A stretch of DNA of 64,000 nucleotides from Octopus vulgaris (taxonomy: Eukaryota), in assembly GCA_951406725.2 (NCBI GenBank), contig OX597842.1, positions 34,224,001 through 34,288,000 of the forward strand, given 5' to 3'. Positions 14,769 through 30,293 of the stretch are shown here, one piece after another (position 1 is the stretch's first letter; each line of letters starts with the position of its first letter). Below the pieces are notes generated by a model. It was not told the origin of the DNA. It worked only from the letters and a program-made list of their open reading frames with translations, and searched no databases. The position numbers and the translations under genes are program-made.

Positions 14769-15188
14769 TACTCTCTCTTTTACTGTTTTACTTGTTTCAG
14801 TCATTTGACTGCGGCCATGCTGGAGCACCGCCTTTAGTCGAGCAACTCAACCCCGGGACTTATTCTTTTTGTAAGCCCAGTACTTATTCTATAGGTCTCT
14901 TTTGCCGAACCGCTAAGTGACGGGGACGTAAACACACCAGCATCGGTTGTCAAGCAATGCTAGGGAGACAAACACAGACACACAAACACACACACATACA
15001 TACATATATATATATACATATATACGACAGGCTTCTTTGAGTTTCTGTCTACCAAATCCACTCACAAGGCATTGGTTGGCCCGGGGCTATAGCAGAAGAC
15101 ACTTGCCCAAGGTGCCACGCAGTGGGACTGAACCCGGAACCATGTGGTTGGTTAGCAAGCTACTTACCACACAGCCACTCCTGCGCCT
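14769..15188 (-). mobile_element. SINE-A, full length (tRNA head, CORE-like CCTTGGGCAAG box, internal TA/TG microsatellite, CR1-like tail)
   Basis: A-box TGGCTGTGTGG and B-box GGTTCAGTCCC on the minus strand; near-identical to other full copies in the window. Confidence 0.92.
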
Positions 15189-15528
15189 TATTCATAATTC
15201 TTCTCAATCTATGCTGAAATAGTAAAATTTTGCTATAGCATATCTTGATGCTATGTGGACTGAGATCTCCACTGACAGGACCCGATATTAAAATGAGGGG
15301 TTAGATACTAACGGTATGCAAATTAGTTGCTCCAATTTTCAAAGTTACTGTACTTTTTGAGTATATTAACAGATTGGCTGTTGGTTTCTCTAGGATCGGT
15401 CATATGACAGATCTGATGTCACGTGAAGTTTTCTTTCTCGAGTCATACCATCTCGTAAAGGCCGGTTTTATATATATACACATATATATATATATATGCA
15501 AATATACATGAATATATATATGTATATC

Positions 15529-15610
15529 TTAAGAGCTAAAAACCGCTATGTGGACTGTCATATGCTATTTCTAGCATATGGCTGTCCACATAGTGGTTTT
15601 TAGCACTTAA
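15529..15610. repeat. Long inverted repeat (39-bp arms, 4-nt loop)
   Basis: 15529-15567 is complementary to 15572-15610 with 4 differences. Confidence 0.9.
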
Positions 15611-16168
15611 ATTATACACATGTATTGAAATTTTCTCTGATTTTTCAGATTTTTGTATGCTAGGCTACTGGGTTTAAATTGATATTAATTAAATTAATAT
15701 TCAATTTATCTCTCTCATTATTTAAACATTAATATATATATGTATATATATATATATTATTATGTACAAATTTGTATACTTGTATGCCTTTGTATATATA
15801 TATATATATATATACGTCGAAATACATATATACATATCTACATACACTTTGGCGTATATATATACATAGATAGAGGTATATATGTATACATATGAGGGAA
15901 AAGATATGCATGTATATACACACACAGACACACACGTATATATATATACGTATATGCACATAATTTATATATATATATATAGATATGGATATATATATGT
16001 GTATATATATTTATATATTTATATAGATAGATATATATGCATATATATATATATATATATAAATATATAAATATATACGTTTATATACTGAAGCAAAATA
16101 CCACCGAATATATAGTGCGTGTGTTTTTATTGACTAAACTGGCAAAATGCCCATTCAGAAATATAACA

Positions 16169-16227
<59 letters not shown>

Positions 16228-16282
16228 TATATATATATATACATATTTGTGTGTGTGTGAGTTTATATTTATACATATATAC

Positions 16283-16341
<59 letters not shown>

Positions 16342-16652
16342 TGTATATATAAACTCACACACACACGAATAGAGGTAAATTAAAGAGAAAAATTACTGAG
16401 GTATATAAGTGTAGGCATATATGTTCATAATTATATATATGTATATATAAATGTGTGTGTGCGTGTATGTGCGCGCGTGTGCGTGTATGTGCGCGCGTGC
16501 GCGAGTGCGTGGTGTTCCACAGTTGCTAAGGTACTGCTCCAACAATGACAAAAAAGCATTCAGAAAAATCTTACCACAAGAGTGCCGTCAATATTTTGTC
16601 GATTTCCCCTAAACGAATCGCAAATACATATGTACTTGAAATATATATATAA

Positions 16653-16700
<48 letters not shown>

Positions 16701-16879
16701 CATACATACATACATACATACATAAATACATACATAGATATGTATATGTATATGTTTATACATATACATATATACACACATAACTACTCATACATTTCTA
16801 TATATATATATATATATACACATACATATATATATATACATATATATATATATACATATATACATACATATATACATAC

Positions 16880-16914
<35 letters not shown>

Positions 16915-16974
16915 CATACATATTTCTTTATATAAATTTATGTTTATATACATCTATATATACATATATTTATA

Positions 16975-17682
<708 letters not shown>

Positions 17683-17733
17683 CCATATATATACATGAGT
17701 GTATGTGTGTGTGTGTATATATATATATGTGTG

Positions 17734-17809
<76 letters not shown>

Positions 17810-17847
17810 CGTATATGGGGTATATATCTGCACATAGATTAAACAGT

Positions 17848-17886
<39 letters not shown>

Positions 17887-18201
17887 TGATATATGCATTC
17901 ATATATATATAGAAATATACACACTGACACAAACAAATATATACGTGTGTATGTGTGAGTATATAGCTAAGCTGTTTACGATCATAGCAACAATATCAGC
18001 GATAACAACAATAAGAACAGAAGCTTACACAAAACAAAAAAACACCATCACGAAATCCATCGCAGCCCACCTCTACAGACTGCAGGTATTTTTGGAGAAT
18101 GAATAAAAAACAGTTGTAAGGGGATTATGGGTAATCCAATTACGTATATATATCATGGTAGACAGTGCATACAGTACGGTGAGTGTATATATATATGTAT
18201 G

Positions 18202-18255
<54 letters not shown>

Positions 18256-18706
18256 TATATGGATATATATATGTATATGTATATATATACATATATATAT
18301 GCATATACACATATATATATGTGCAAATATATGTATATAAATGTATATATATATACACATATATATACACATATATGTATATATATACATATATATATGT
18401 GTGTGTATATATGTACATATATATATATGTATATGTATATATATATGCATGTATGTATATGGAGGCAAGCAAGAATAGATATAGATTTATAGAGAGTAAT
18501 GCGTGTTTGTGTGTGTGTGTGTCCATGTATATATGTATGTATATGCGTATATGTATATATGTATTTTTAATATTTAGATCACTGCATGATTATACGCACA
18601 AAAATGTTAAACTCTGTATATAAATATCTATTTTAGAGAATGCATATACGCATCTGCATGTATATATATATAAAGAGATTTGTATATATACATATGTATA
18701 TATACT

Positions 18707-18765
<59 letters not shown>

Positions 18766-19009
18766 GTATATATACACACACACATATACACTATATAGAA
18801 AGCCAAATATGTTTTCTTCATAAATATATATATACATACATATATATGTGTGTGTGTATGTGTGTGTGTGTGTACATATACAAATGTATATACATGTGGC
18901 GCACATGCATATTATATATAAGCTATCGTGTATAATTGATTATGTTCATATATTTACCCATATACATTATTGAGATATATATACACACACACTCACACAC
19001 ACTCTCTCT

Positions 19010-19045
<36 letters not shown>

Positions 19046-19113
19046 CATATATATAAACACGTATATATGTACATATATATATACATATATATATGTATAT
19101 ATATGTATATATG

Positions 19114-19147
<34 letters not shown>

Positions 19148-19219
19148 AGATGTATACACATCATAAGAGTATGCATATATTTTTTATGTATAGCTATGTT
19201 TGATATATATATATACATA

Positions 19220-19326
<107 letters not shown>

Positions 19327-19402
19327 GTTACGTCTATGTACGTATTCAAGTTTAAGTTCGTTATGGAAATCAATATATGCTGAACGTTATTGTGTATATA
19401 CT

Positions 19403-19442
<40 letters not shown>

Positions 19443-19864
19443 TGTATATTTACCTGCATATACGTCTGCGTGTATGTATATGTGTGGGCGCGACTATCAG
19501 TGTATGTGTGTATGTGTGTGTGTGTGTTGATAATCTCATAAGTTAATTAAATGGTGAATAAATCACAGTGTATCACATAAGCTGTTCTGTAGTGTTTTTT
19601 CCGAGTGTTTGTGAAGTTGTTTTTTCCTGAAACTTAGTTAGTTTATATGTGTATGTATGTGTGTGTGTATATTCATGTGTGTGCGTGCGTGTGTGGTATT
19701 TATATGATTAATACAGTTGTGAAATTGATGCTCTTTCTGTTGTTGTTGTTGTTGTTGTTGCTTCTGGCGGTGGCGGTGGTGGTGGTTGTGGTGGTAGTGG
19801 TGGAGGGTTTATGCTGTTGCTTTAAATTTTTGTTGTTGTTACTGTTGTTATCGTCGTTACAAAA

Positions 19865-20640
19865 GGCGGCGAGCTGGCAGAAACATTAGCACGCCGGGCG
19901 AAATCCTAAGTTGTATTTCGTCTGCCGTTATGTTCTGAGTTCAAATTCCGCCGAGGTCAACTTTGCCTTTCATCCTTTTGGGGTCGATTAAATGAGTACC
20001 ATTCGATATAATCGACTTAATCCGTTTGTCCCCTCTGTGTTTAGCCCCTTGTGGGTAGTAAAGAAATTGGTGTTTCGTCTACCGTTACGCTCTGAGTTCA
20101 AATTCCGCCGAGGTCGACTTTGCCTTTCACCCTTTAGGGGTCGATTAAATAAGTACCAGTTACGCACTGGGGTCAATATAATCGGCATAATCCGTTTGTC
20201 TGTCTTTGTTTGTCCCCTCTGTGTTTAGCCCCTTGTGGGTAGTAAATAAATAGGTGTTTCGTCTACCGTTACGCTCTGAGTTCAAATTCCGCCGAGGTCG
20301 ACTTTGCCTTTCCACCCTTTAGGGGTCGATTAAATAAGTACCAGTTACGCACTGGGGTCAATATAATCGGCATAATCCGTTTGTCTGTCTTTGTTTGTCC
20401 CCTCTGTGTTTAGCCCCTTGTGGGTAGTAAATAAATAGGTGTTTCGTCTACCGTTACGCTCTGAGTTCAAATTCCGCCGAGGTCGACTTTGCTTTTCACC
20501 CTTTAGGGGTCGATTAAATAAGTACCAGTTACGCACTGGGGTCAATATAATCGGCATAATCCGTTTGTCTGTCTTTGTTTGTCCCCTCTGTGTTTAGCCC
20601 CTTGTGGGTAGTAAAGAAATAAGAAACATTAGCACGCCGG
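19865..20640 (+). mobile_element. SINE-B (tRNA head plus Meta-like central domain) with its body tandemly repeated about 4 times
   Basis: B-box GAGTTCAAATTCC and GCCTTTCAYCCTTT.GGGGTCGATTAAAT.AGTACC. Units of about 184 bp start at about 20071, 20255 and 20440. Confidence 0.88.
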
Positions 20641-20644
20641 ATGA

Positions 20645-20975
<331 letters not shown>

Positions 20976-20984
20976 TAAGCTTAT

Positions 20985-21164
20985 GTCGATTCAGCCGTGG
21001 CGTTGTTTTGCATTTATAATAAAATAAATATATGCAAATATATGCAAATTATAAAGATATACAGTATAGTATTGTTTCTACTTCGCGGATTTTCACTTAT
21101 CACGGTGGGGTTTTTTTTTTCGGAACGTCACAACGTAACACCCGAGATAATCGAGGGATTACTG
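20985..21164 (+). mobile_element. Tigger/pogo-like MITE fragment
   Basis: Ends in CGAGGGATTACTG (TIR CAGTAATCCCTCG); its interior matches 29800-29905 in reverse complement. Confidence 0.6.
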
Positions 21165-21170
21165 TGTGAA

Positions 21171-21637
21171 TTAGATAATGTAGTCTCAGATGCACTACGC
21201 TTGAATAAAAGATGGGATGGTCACAGCCGGAACTTATTTGATCGTAGGTCTGTCTGGATCAGGACTGACCTGGGGCTAAACAACAACTATAGCTACGAAT
21301 ACTAACTACTATACTATACATTAGATAATGTAGTCCTAGATACACTATGCCTTAATAAAAGATGAGATGGTCACAGATGGAACATCTTTGATCATAGGTC
21401 AGTCTGGATCGGACTAACCTGGGGTCAAACAACAACAATCATAGCCACTAATACTAACTTTACATTAGATAATGTAATCCTAGATACACTATGCCCGAAT
21501 AAAAGATGAGATGATCACAGATGGAACATATTTGATCATTGGTTTGCCTGGATCAGAACTGGCCAGGGGTTAAACAACAATAATTATAGCTACTAATACA
21601 ACTACTATACATTAAATAATGTAGTCCTAGATGCACA
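21171..21637 (+). repeat. Tandem repeat of about 145 bp, about 3.2 copies
   Basis: TTAGATAATGTAGTC..AATAAAAGATG.GATGGTCACAG..GGG..AAACAACAAC units start at about 21171, 21321, 21465 and 21612. Confidence 0.9.
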
Positions 21638-21932
21638 ATTCGTACGTGAAAATTGGTATACAAGACAGACTTGATAGCGCTGCAGTTCTAAGATACAATA
21701 GAAGGATTACTATAAAATATTATTTATAAGCCAATATATAAAGGGTGATGATGATTTTACTGGTTGTAACTTTATTCCTATGATACTTTGCCATCTTAAA
21801 AAAAGCGCAATAATAACACGGTCTTTATTCACATTACTTCGTTTGGAAGTGGAGACTTCGAAGTTTCCTCGAGAGACTGATATAATTGTTCTGAAATAAA
21901 TACAAAGGACCAATAAGGAAGAGCAAATAATA

Positions 21933-22343
21933 TTTACTCTTTTACTTGTTTCAGTCATTTGCCTGTGGCCATGCTGGAGCACCGCCTTTAGTCGAGAAAA
22001 TCCAACCCAGGACTTATTCTTTGTAAGCCTTGTACTTATTCTATTGGTCTCTTTTGCCGAACCGCTAAGTTTACTCTTTTACTTGTTTCAGTCATTTGAC
22101 TGTGGCCATGCTGGAGCACCGCCTTTAGTGGAGCAAATCGAACCCAGGACTTGTTCTTTGTAAGCCTAGTACTTATTCTATTGGTCTCTTTTGCCGAACC
22201 GCTAAGTTTACTCTTTTACTTGTTTCAGTCATTTGACTGTGGCCATGCTGGAGCACCGCCTTTAGTGGAGCAAATCGACCCCAGGACTTGTTCTTTGTAA
22301 GCCTAGTACTTATTCTATTCGTCTCTTTTGCTGAACCGCTAAG
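21933..22343 (-). mobile_element. Three head-to-tail copies of the SINE-A 3' terminal 137 bp
   Basis: Each unit runs TTTACTCTTTTACTTG...CCGCTAAG with identical junctions. Confidence 0.92.
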
Positions 22344-22442
22344 TTTAATACAAATATTTAAATCCGAACTCAGTCGAGATTTTAATTCGTTAGTGTTTAT
22401 GGAACAGCTGTTACCGACTTTCACACACACACACACACACGT

Positions 22443-22522
<80 letters not shown>

Positions 22523-22565
22523 CTAAATACATCTCTTCCCAAAGGAAACTGCGCTTCATGTTTAA

Positions 22566-22646
22566 AGCTCTGATGAAGCTATTGGGTGATACTCAGGCTT
22601 TCGACTATGAGTGAATTATATACTATAACAGAAACAGCTGTTAGCT
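22566..22646 (+). ncRNA. Putative type-I hammerhead ribozyme (variant, long stem II)
   Basis: AGCT-CTGATGA-[imperfect stem II with ACTCA/TGAGT]-GAAAC-AGCT-GTT-AGCT. Confidence 0.6.
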
Positions 22647-22789
22647 AATGGAATTTATGCCATAATTGATTATTTCTCTTTCATTCTGATTCCTTATTTC
22701 TGCTCTGCGTTCAACTGGTGCGTCGATCTAAAGCATCATATTGAGTTGTAACACGAGGTTATTAATATCGCTATGCATAAGCCATAATA

Positions 22790-23053
22790 CTCTTCCTCTT
22801 TTGCTTCTTTCAGTCATTTGTCTGTGGCCATGCTGGAGCACCACTTTTAGTCGAGCAAATCCGACCCCAGGACTTAATCTTTGTAAGCCGAGTACTTATT
22901 CTATCGGTTACTTTTGCCGAACCGCTAATTGACGGGGACGTAAACACACCAGCATCGGTTGTCAAGCGATGTTGGGAGGACAAACACAGACACAAACATA
23001 TGCATGCATACATACGCACATACATACACACACACACACACAGATATATATAC

Positions 23054-23091
<38 letters not shown>

Positions 23092-23453
23092 TTGGTGAAA
23101 TAGAAAGATGAATAATCTTGTTGCAGATTAATCAAAAGTTTAACCGATACCTTGGTAGCAAAAATCACAGCAGAAGACAGCACCGTTGGAGGTACAACCA
23201 TATGGTGTTGCAACCATGCGTTGGTGCGGATAATTGAATTTTAATATTATTAGTGAATTGAAGAAATGGAGTTGCGCCTCTGTTCTGTTTTTGTTTTTGC
23301 CAACGGAATTCCTATTTCTTCCTGAAGAGAAAGACACAATATGGTCTCCTTATTCAATCGGAATTTGGTAAATTGTGGCTTTCGAAACACGTGTAGAATG
23401 CAATAAATCGATTTCTGTTCAATCTTCGTTCAACTCCATTTCTTCAATTCACT

Positions 23454-23491
<38 letters not shown>

Positions 23492-23654
23492 GACGGGCTT
23501 TTTTCAGTTTCCTTCTACCAGAAACACTAAAGAGATTATGGTAGGCCCGAGGCTATAGTAGAAAACTCTTGCCCAAGAAGCAACGCAGTGGAACTGAAAC
23601 CTGAACCATGTGGTTGGTAAGCAAGCTTCTTACCACAAAGCCACGCCTGCGCCT
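22790..23654 (-). mobile_element. SINE-A, full length, interrupted in its (TA)n spacer by a Penelope-like insert (about 23092-23461)
   Basis: The 3' arm (22790-23045) and 5' arm (23490-23654) are collinear with other copies. Confidence 0.88.
23319..23398 (+). ncRNA. Type-I hammerhead ribozyme motif, intact core
   Basis: Stem I TTC/GAA; CTGAAGA 23322-23328; stem II GAAAGACACAAT/ATTGTGGCTTTC (11 of 12 bp); GAAA 23384-23387; palindromic stem III ACACGTGT; GUA site; AATAAA just downstream. Confidence 0.8.
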
Positions 23655-23741
23655 AGGTCTACATTATAAATATATATATTAACGGATATGTATATACATA
23701 TATATAAACATATATATATACATACATATATATATATATTT

Positions 23742-23772
<31 letters not shown>

Positions 23773-23793
23773 CATATACATATATATATATAC

Positions 23794-23888
<95 letters not shown>

Positions 23889-24226
23889 TGCATATATATG
23901 GGAATAGATGGAAGGATGGCTAGCTAGAGGTATGGATGGATAAATGGATGTACACGTGTATATATGTATATAATACCGCGTACAATCATAATATATAATT
24001 GAATACACAAATGGATGTTGATGCATATTTGCAGTGGTGCAAACGGCTGTCAACGCAGGTGCATGTGGGAACGCGTCTGCGTAAATGTGCAACCTATGTA
24101 TACATTCAAAGTATTCAAACTTGTCAAAGGCATGTAAATATGTTTTTTCTGCTCCTCTATATGCATATATATGCATAATTTGGCGATGGGTACGTAAGCT
24201 GGAACATAGGTACAGCTGTATGTTGA

Positions 24227-24261
<35 letters not shown>

Positions 24262-24378
24262 GTGAGTGTGTGTGTATCTGTCCGTCTGTATGTATGTATA
24301 TGAATGTATAAATACATATACATATATATATATATTATATATATATATGTATGTATATTTATGTATAAATATATATAC

Positions 24379-24410
<32 letters not shown>

Positions 24411-24428
24411 ACATAGATGGACAGAAAA

Positions 24429-24466
<38 letters not shown>

Positions 24467-24682
24467 CGATAGATAGATAGATAAAGAGACAGACAGAGAG
24501 GTAGATAGATAGATAAATTGGTAGCTGGATAGATAGATACATACATACATACATACATATGTACATACATAGTTAGATATAGCTATAGTTATTTCTACAT
24601 ACATATATACATATTATATGCGCATATATATATATAAATATATATAAATATATATTTATAAATATTTATATATATTTATATA

Positions 24683-24731
<49 letters not shown>

Positions 24732-24732
24732 G

Positions 24733-24894
24733 CCGGAGTAAGCTCATAAATGCGAAACAAGGGGGGGGAAATAGTACTCGAATACCAGAGGTAGAGTAAT
24801 ATGTTTTATTAAAAAGCAACAGATATATCACAAAAACGTGAAACTCTGAGTAACAGACTTTGTGAAATATTTGCTGCTTTTTAATAAAGCATAT
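24733..24894. mobile_element. Penelope-like inverted pLTR fragment within (TA)n
   Basis: Inverted repeat 24799-24834/24859-24894 flanks GAAA-CTCTGAG-TA-ACAG; homologous to 29460-29560 and 38452-38546. Confidence 0.6.
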
Positions 24895-24993
24895 ATTTAA
24901 ATATATTTATAATATATAATATATATATATATATATACATATCCATATATATACACACAGACACGGACACACACACACACACACACATGTATG

Positions 24994-25216
<223 letters not shown>

Positions 25217-26059
25217 GTATATATACAGGGTAACCATCAACTTTTTCACTTTAAAAAGTGAAAGTGTGGAAGATATAAGGATAATTTGTGGACAATGTGT
25301 ATATATAAATATATATAAACATATATATATATATGTTCTATATATATATGTATATAAATATATACACATATATATATATTAATAGATAGAGAGATAGAAA
25401 GATAGATGCATGTATGTATGCGCAAATGTACGTTCCTGCACATGTACGTGTGACAATGTATATATATATGCTTATATTTTTATGCATATACGTTAGTGTA
25501 TAACTATGTATATAGGTATTTATATAACTATACATATAGGCATATATTTCTATACGCATATATGTGAATATCAAACGATGGATGCATAGAACCAATTACT
25601 ATTGAAAAAGCCATATTTTCATATTTACATATGCATACATTTTCGTATTGAAATACACTTTATACAATATACATACATGTATATATAAATGATCATAAAT
25701 ATGTATATATAAATGATCATATATGTATATGGGTGTATATATATATATATATATACACACATATATGTGTGTATGTGTGTTTGTGTTTGTGTGTGTTTGC
25801 GTGTGTCTGAGCAGATATGTATGTATGTGTACAGATGTATAAATATGTATGTATATATGCATGTTTGTAAATAGATACATGTATATATGTATGTATATAT
25901 ATATATATATATATATGTTTATACGTATGTAGATATATATATATGTACATATGTGTATATATATTTATGAAAGTATGTATATCCACATATGTACATGAAG
26001 TGACATTTTATTTCCTCTCGCAGCTATAATTCATATATGTGTATATATATGTGTGTATG

Positions 26060-26152
<93 letters not shown>

Positions 26153-26519
26153 TATATATATATATGTTTACATATATACTTATATATACATTATATACAT
26201 GTATACGTGTTTATGTATGTGTCGGGGTGTATGTGTGTGTGTGTATGTTCTTCATTCCTCGTACATAATCGACGAAAAATTTCACTTGCAGGAATCCATT
26301 TTCTCACGATTCCATAACCAAAATAATCGACAGGAAATTATATTTCAAGAAAAATTGGGAGAAAAAAAAAATTCCGTTTAATATTTCTGAATTCTTGAAA
26401 ATTGAAAAAATTGAATTCTTGAAGAAAAAATATAATTTTAACATTAGTTTTCTTTATACATCGAATGTGAGTGTATGCATATACACATATATATATATAT
26501 TCATATATAAACATATATA

Positions 26520-26607
<88 letters not shown>

Positions 26608-26975
26608 CATATATGTATATTTTTGTATATATATATTTATGTGTGTTTGTATGTTTGAGAGTTTGTGTGTTTGAGTGTTTGTGTCTGTGTATTCGTATGT
26701 GTGTTTGAGTTTGTGTATGCGTATATATGTGTGTATAATTATCTACGTACTATGTATTTGTTTATGAGTATATATATGTAAATATAAATATAGATATAAA
26801 TATAAATATATACACCTATTTATTTATTTATGATTATTATTATCATTACTATTATCAATATTATCATCATATATACATATATACATATGTATGTTTATAC
26901 ACATATATATATAAATATATATATATATATATGTTTAGATGCATATTTATATATATATATGCAAATATGTATATT

Positions 26976-27010
<35 letters not shown>

Positions 27011-27303
27011 ATAAAGATAAATATCAATATATATATGTATGTATATATATATAAATGTGTAAATATATATATCTGTGTGTATATGAGTTTGTATGTAGTA
27101 TGTATCCACATATATATATTTAGGTGTATAAAAATTGCATATATATACATAAATGCTACGAGAATAATGTTGTATATATCCTTTAAAATTTTCGTTCTAA
27201 GAAATCTATGAATGCATGGGTATATATGTTAGTATGTGTATATGTATACATATCTATATTTGCGTCTGTCTATGTTTAATTATGTATGTGTTTAACACAC
27301 ATC

Positions 27304-27339
<36 letters not shown>

Positions 27340-27956
27340 CATATATATATATACATATATATGTATTCCACAGATCTATATGTGTGCGTATTTATGTGTG
27401 TAAGTATTAATTATGTATGTGTGTTTGTATGTCTGTTTGTATTTATATGTATATTTAAATATGTGTATAAATATATACATATATATATATGTATAGTTAG
27501 TGTGTGTGTGTGTGTATACACATAGCTATATCTATATATGTGTGTATGTATATATATATATATATATGTAGGCATATATATATACAAATATATATATATA
27601 TACACTCACACGCACATACGCATACAGACACATATATACATTTATATAAGCGTGTGGTCACGTATATATGCATATAGGCGTTTATATACACGCATGTAGG
27701 TATGTACTTGTCTATGCATGTATGAACGCATGTATGCATATGGATGTTTGTATATATACAGGTACGTATGTATATATATGATTATATATGTATATGTGTA
27801 TATATGTATTTATGACGTAGGTATATATGTATGGAATACATATGTATGTATATATGTATGTATATATGTATATATGCATGTATGTATCTTTCTGTGTATA
27901 CAAATATATATACATGTAGGTGTGACTTATACGGGACATTTGTATAACGTGCACAT

Positions 27957-27990
<34 letters not shown>

Positions 27991-28092
27991 ACATATATAT
28001 ATATACATACATATACATATATATACATATATATATATACATATATATATATACATACATATACATATATATACATATATATATATACATAT

Positions 28093-28123
<31 letters not shown>

Positions 28124-28128
28124 TATAC

Positions 28129-28198
<70 letters not shown>

Positions 28199-28573
28199 TC
28201 ACCATACTTTTCGTAACACGTGTTTGTGAGGGTCCATGTACATATACATGAGTCGGTAAGTGTTAGGGTGGGTGGGCATGCATGTTAAATTTTTAACATT
28301 TAAATAAAACAATTTTAATTAAGGAAATTCAAGAACAAATTCGAAACGGGAAATTGATTCCATTAAGTTGGACATAACGGCGGGATTTGTTATATAAATA
28401 TTAAATGCGTGTATAACAGGATATACATGAAATGTGTGTGTATGTGTGAATTGTATGTGTGTATACATACATATATATTTATATATATATATATATATGC
28501 ATTTATATATGTATGTATATATCTATATGAATTTATGTATATATATATGTATATATATATGTATATATATATA

Positions 28574-28672
<99 letters not shown>

Positions 28673-28794
28673 TATGTTTGTGTGTGTGCGTGTGTGTCTG
28701 CATATGTTTGTGTGTATGTAGCTATGTAAGCCTGTATAATTTTACTAATCTAGATATATAAAATATATATAATATAAAAAATATGTAAATATAT

Positions 28795-28845
<51 letters not shown>

Positions 28846-29207
28846 CTATATACATATATATATACTTATATATATGCGCACACACAGACATATATATACA
28901 GTATACATACGTACAATTACACACACACACAGACTTGAATATTAATATGTATGTGCATATACATACTTATGTGCTGCAGCATGGCCGTAGCTGCTTACCT
29001 GAAACGAATAAAAGAATAGAGAAAGAAAAGAACGCATACATATACACATATATGCATATATACATATCTGTGTATTTATATATATATACATATATATGTA
29101 TATATATCCATATATACGGAATATATATATATACATACATATATCTGTATATATATATACAAATATACATATATATATATATATATACATATATATAATA
29201 TACATAT

Positions 29208-29284
<77 letters not shown>

Positions 29285-29354
29285 TCTTCCTTGAGAAACT
29301 GAAGCACTGATGCAAGAAGTGTGTGATTCTGAGACGGGAATATGTTGAATAAAA

Positions 29355-29404
<50 letters not shown>

Positions 29405-29480
29405 ACCCCAGCATGGCCACAGCTCGTGAGCTAAACTAAATGAAATATATATATATACACCGGAGTAAACACTTTAACAA

Positions 29481-29526
29481 AAACTGTCCGACGAAAGGGA
29501 ACGTGAAAGTCCGAGTAACAGGTTTT
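29481..29526 (+). ncRNA. Degenerate hammerhead motif (family of 24733 and 38452)
   Basis: CTGT-CCGACGA-AAGGGAACGT-GAAA-GTCCGAG-TA-ACAG; core U4>C and mismatched stems. Confidence 0.5.
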
Positions 29527-29561
29527 GTTGAATTTCTGCTGCTTTTAAATGAAGTATATTA

Positions 29562-29616
<55 letters not shown>

Positions 29617-29748
29617 TGTTAGTTTTTTATTTAAAGATATGCACAAAATGAATTTAACATTAAACCGAAGAATTACTCCATAATTTTCAGTTGTATATAC
29701 ATCAAAATTTTAAAATAAGGGAGGGGACACTGACTTATAAATAATATA

Positions 29749-29977
29749 AAGTAATCCTTCGGCACTTTTGGGTTTTACGTTCCTAAACCCCCGCGAAGGA
29801 GAAACAGTACTGTACTGAATATTTTTTATTATTATTATTATTATTATAATTAGTATATATTTTATTTTATTATAAATGCAAAGCAACAACACGGTGGAAT
29901 CGGCGTAGGGTTGAATAATAAACCGCGAAATTTGAACCGCGATAGGTGAACCGCGATATGGCGACGGAATTCTGTAT
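29749..29977. mobile_element. Tigger/pogo-like MITE
   Basis: Degenerate TIRs AAGTAATCCTTCG / CGACGGAATTCTG-TA; homologous to 20985-21164. Confidence 0.55.
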
Positions 29978-30112
29978 AAGCCTACTTTTCCACGTAATAT
30001 ATATTTTTACTCCGTATTTTATAGCATAGTCATCGATGTCCATATCTCTCTGGATAACTTTCGTAAGCCTGATATATATATATATATATATATGTGTCTC
30101 TCTCTGTCTCTG

Positions 30113-30199
<87 letters not shown>

Positions 30200-30293
30200 G
30201 TATATATACATATATACAATTTCAAAATGCAACCACATGTGAATCGTTGTCGATTTTCTTCCTCCGTTTTCCTTTTCTATTGGACTTTCCTCT

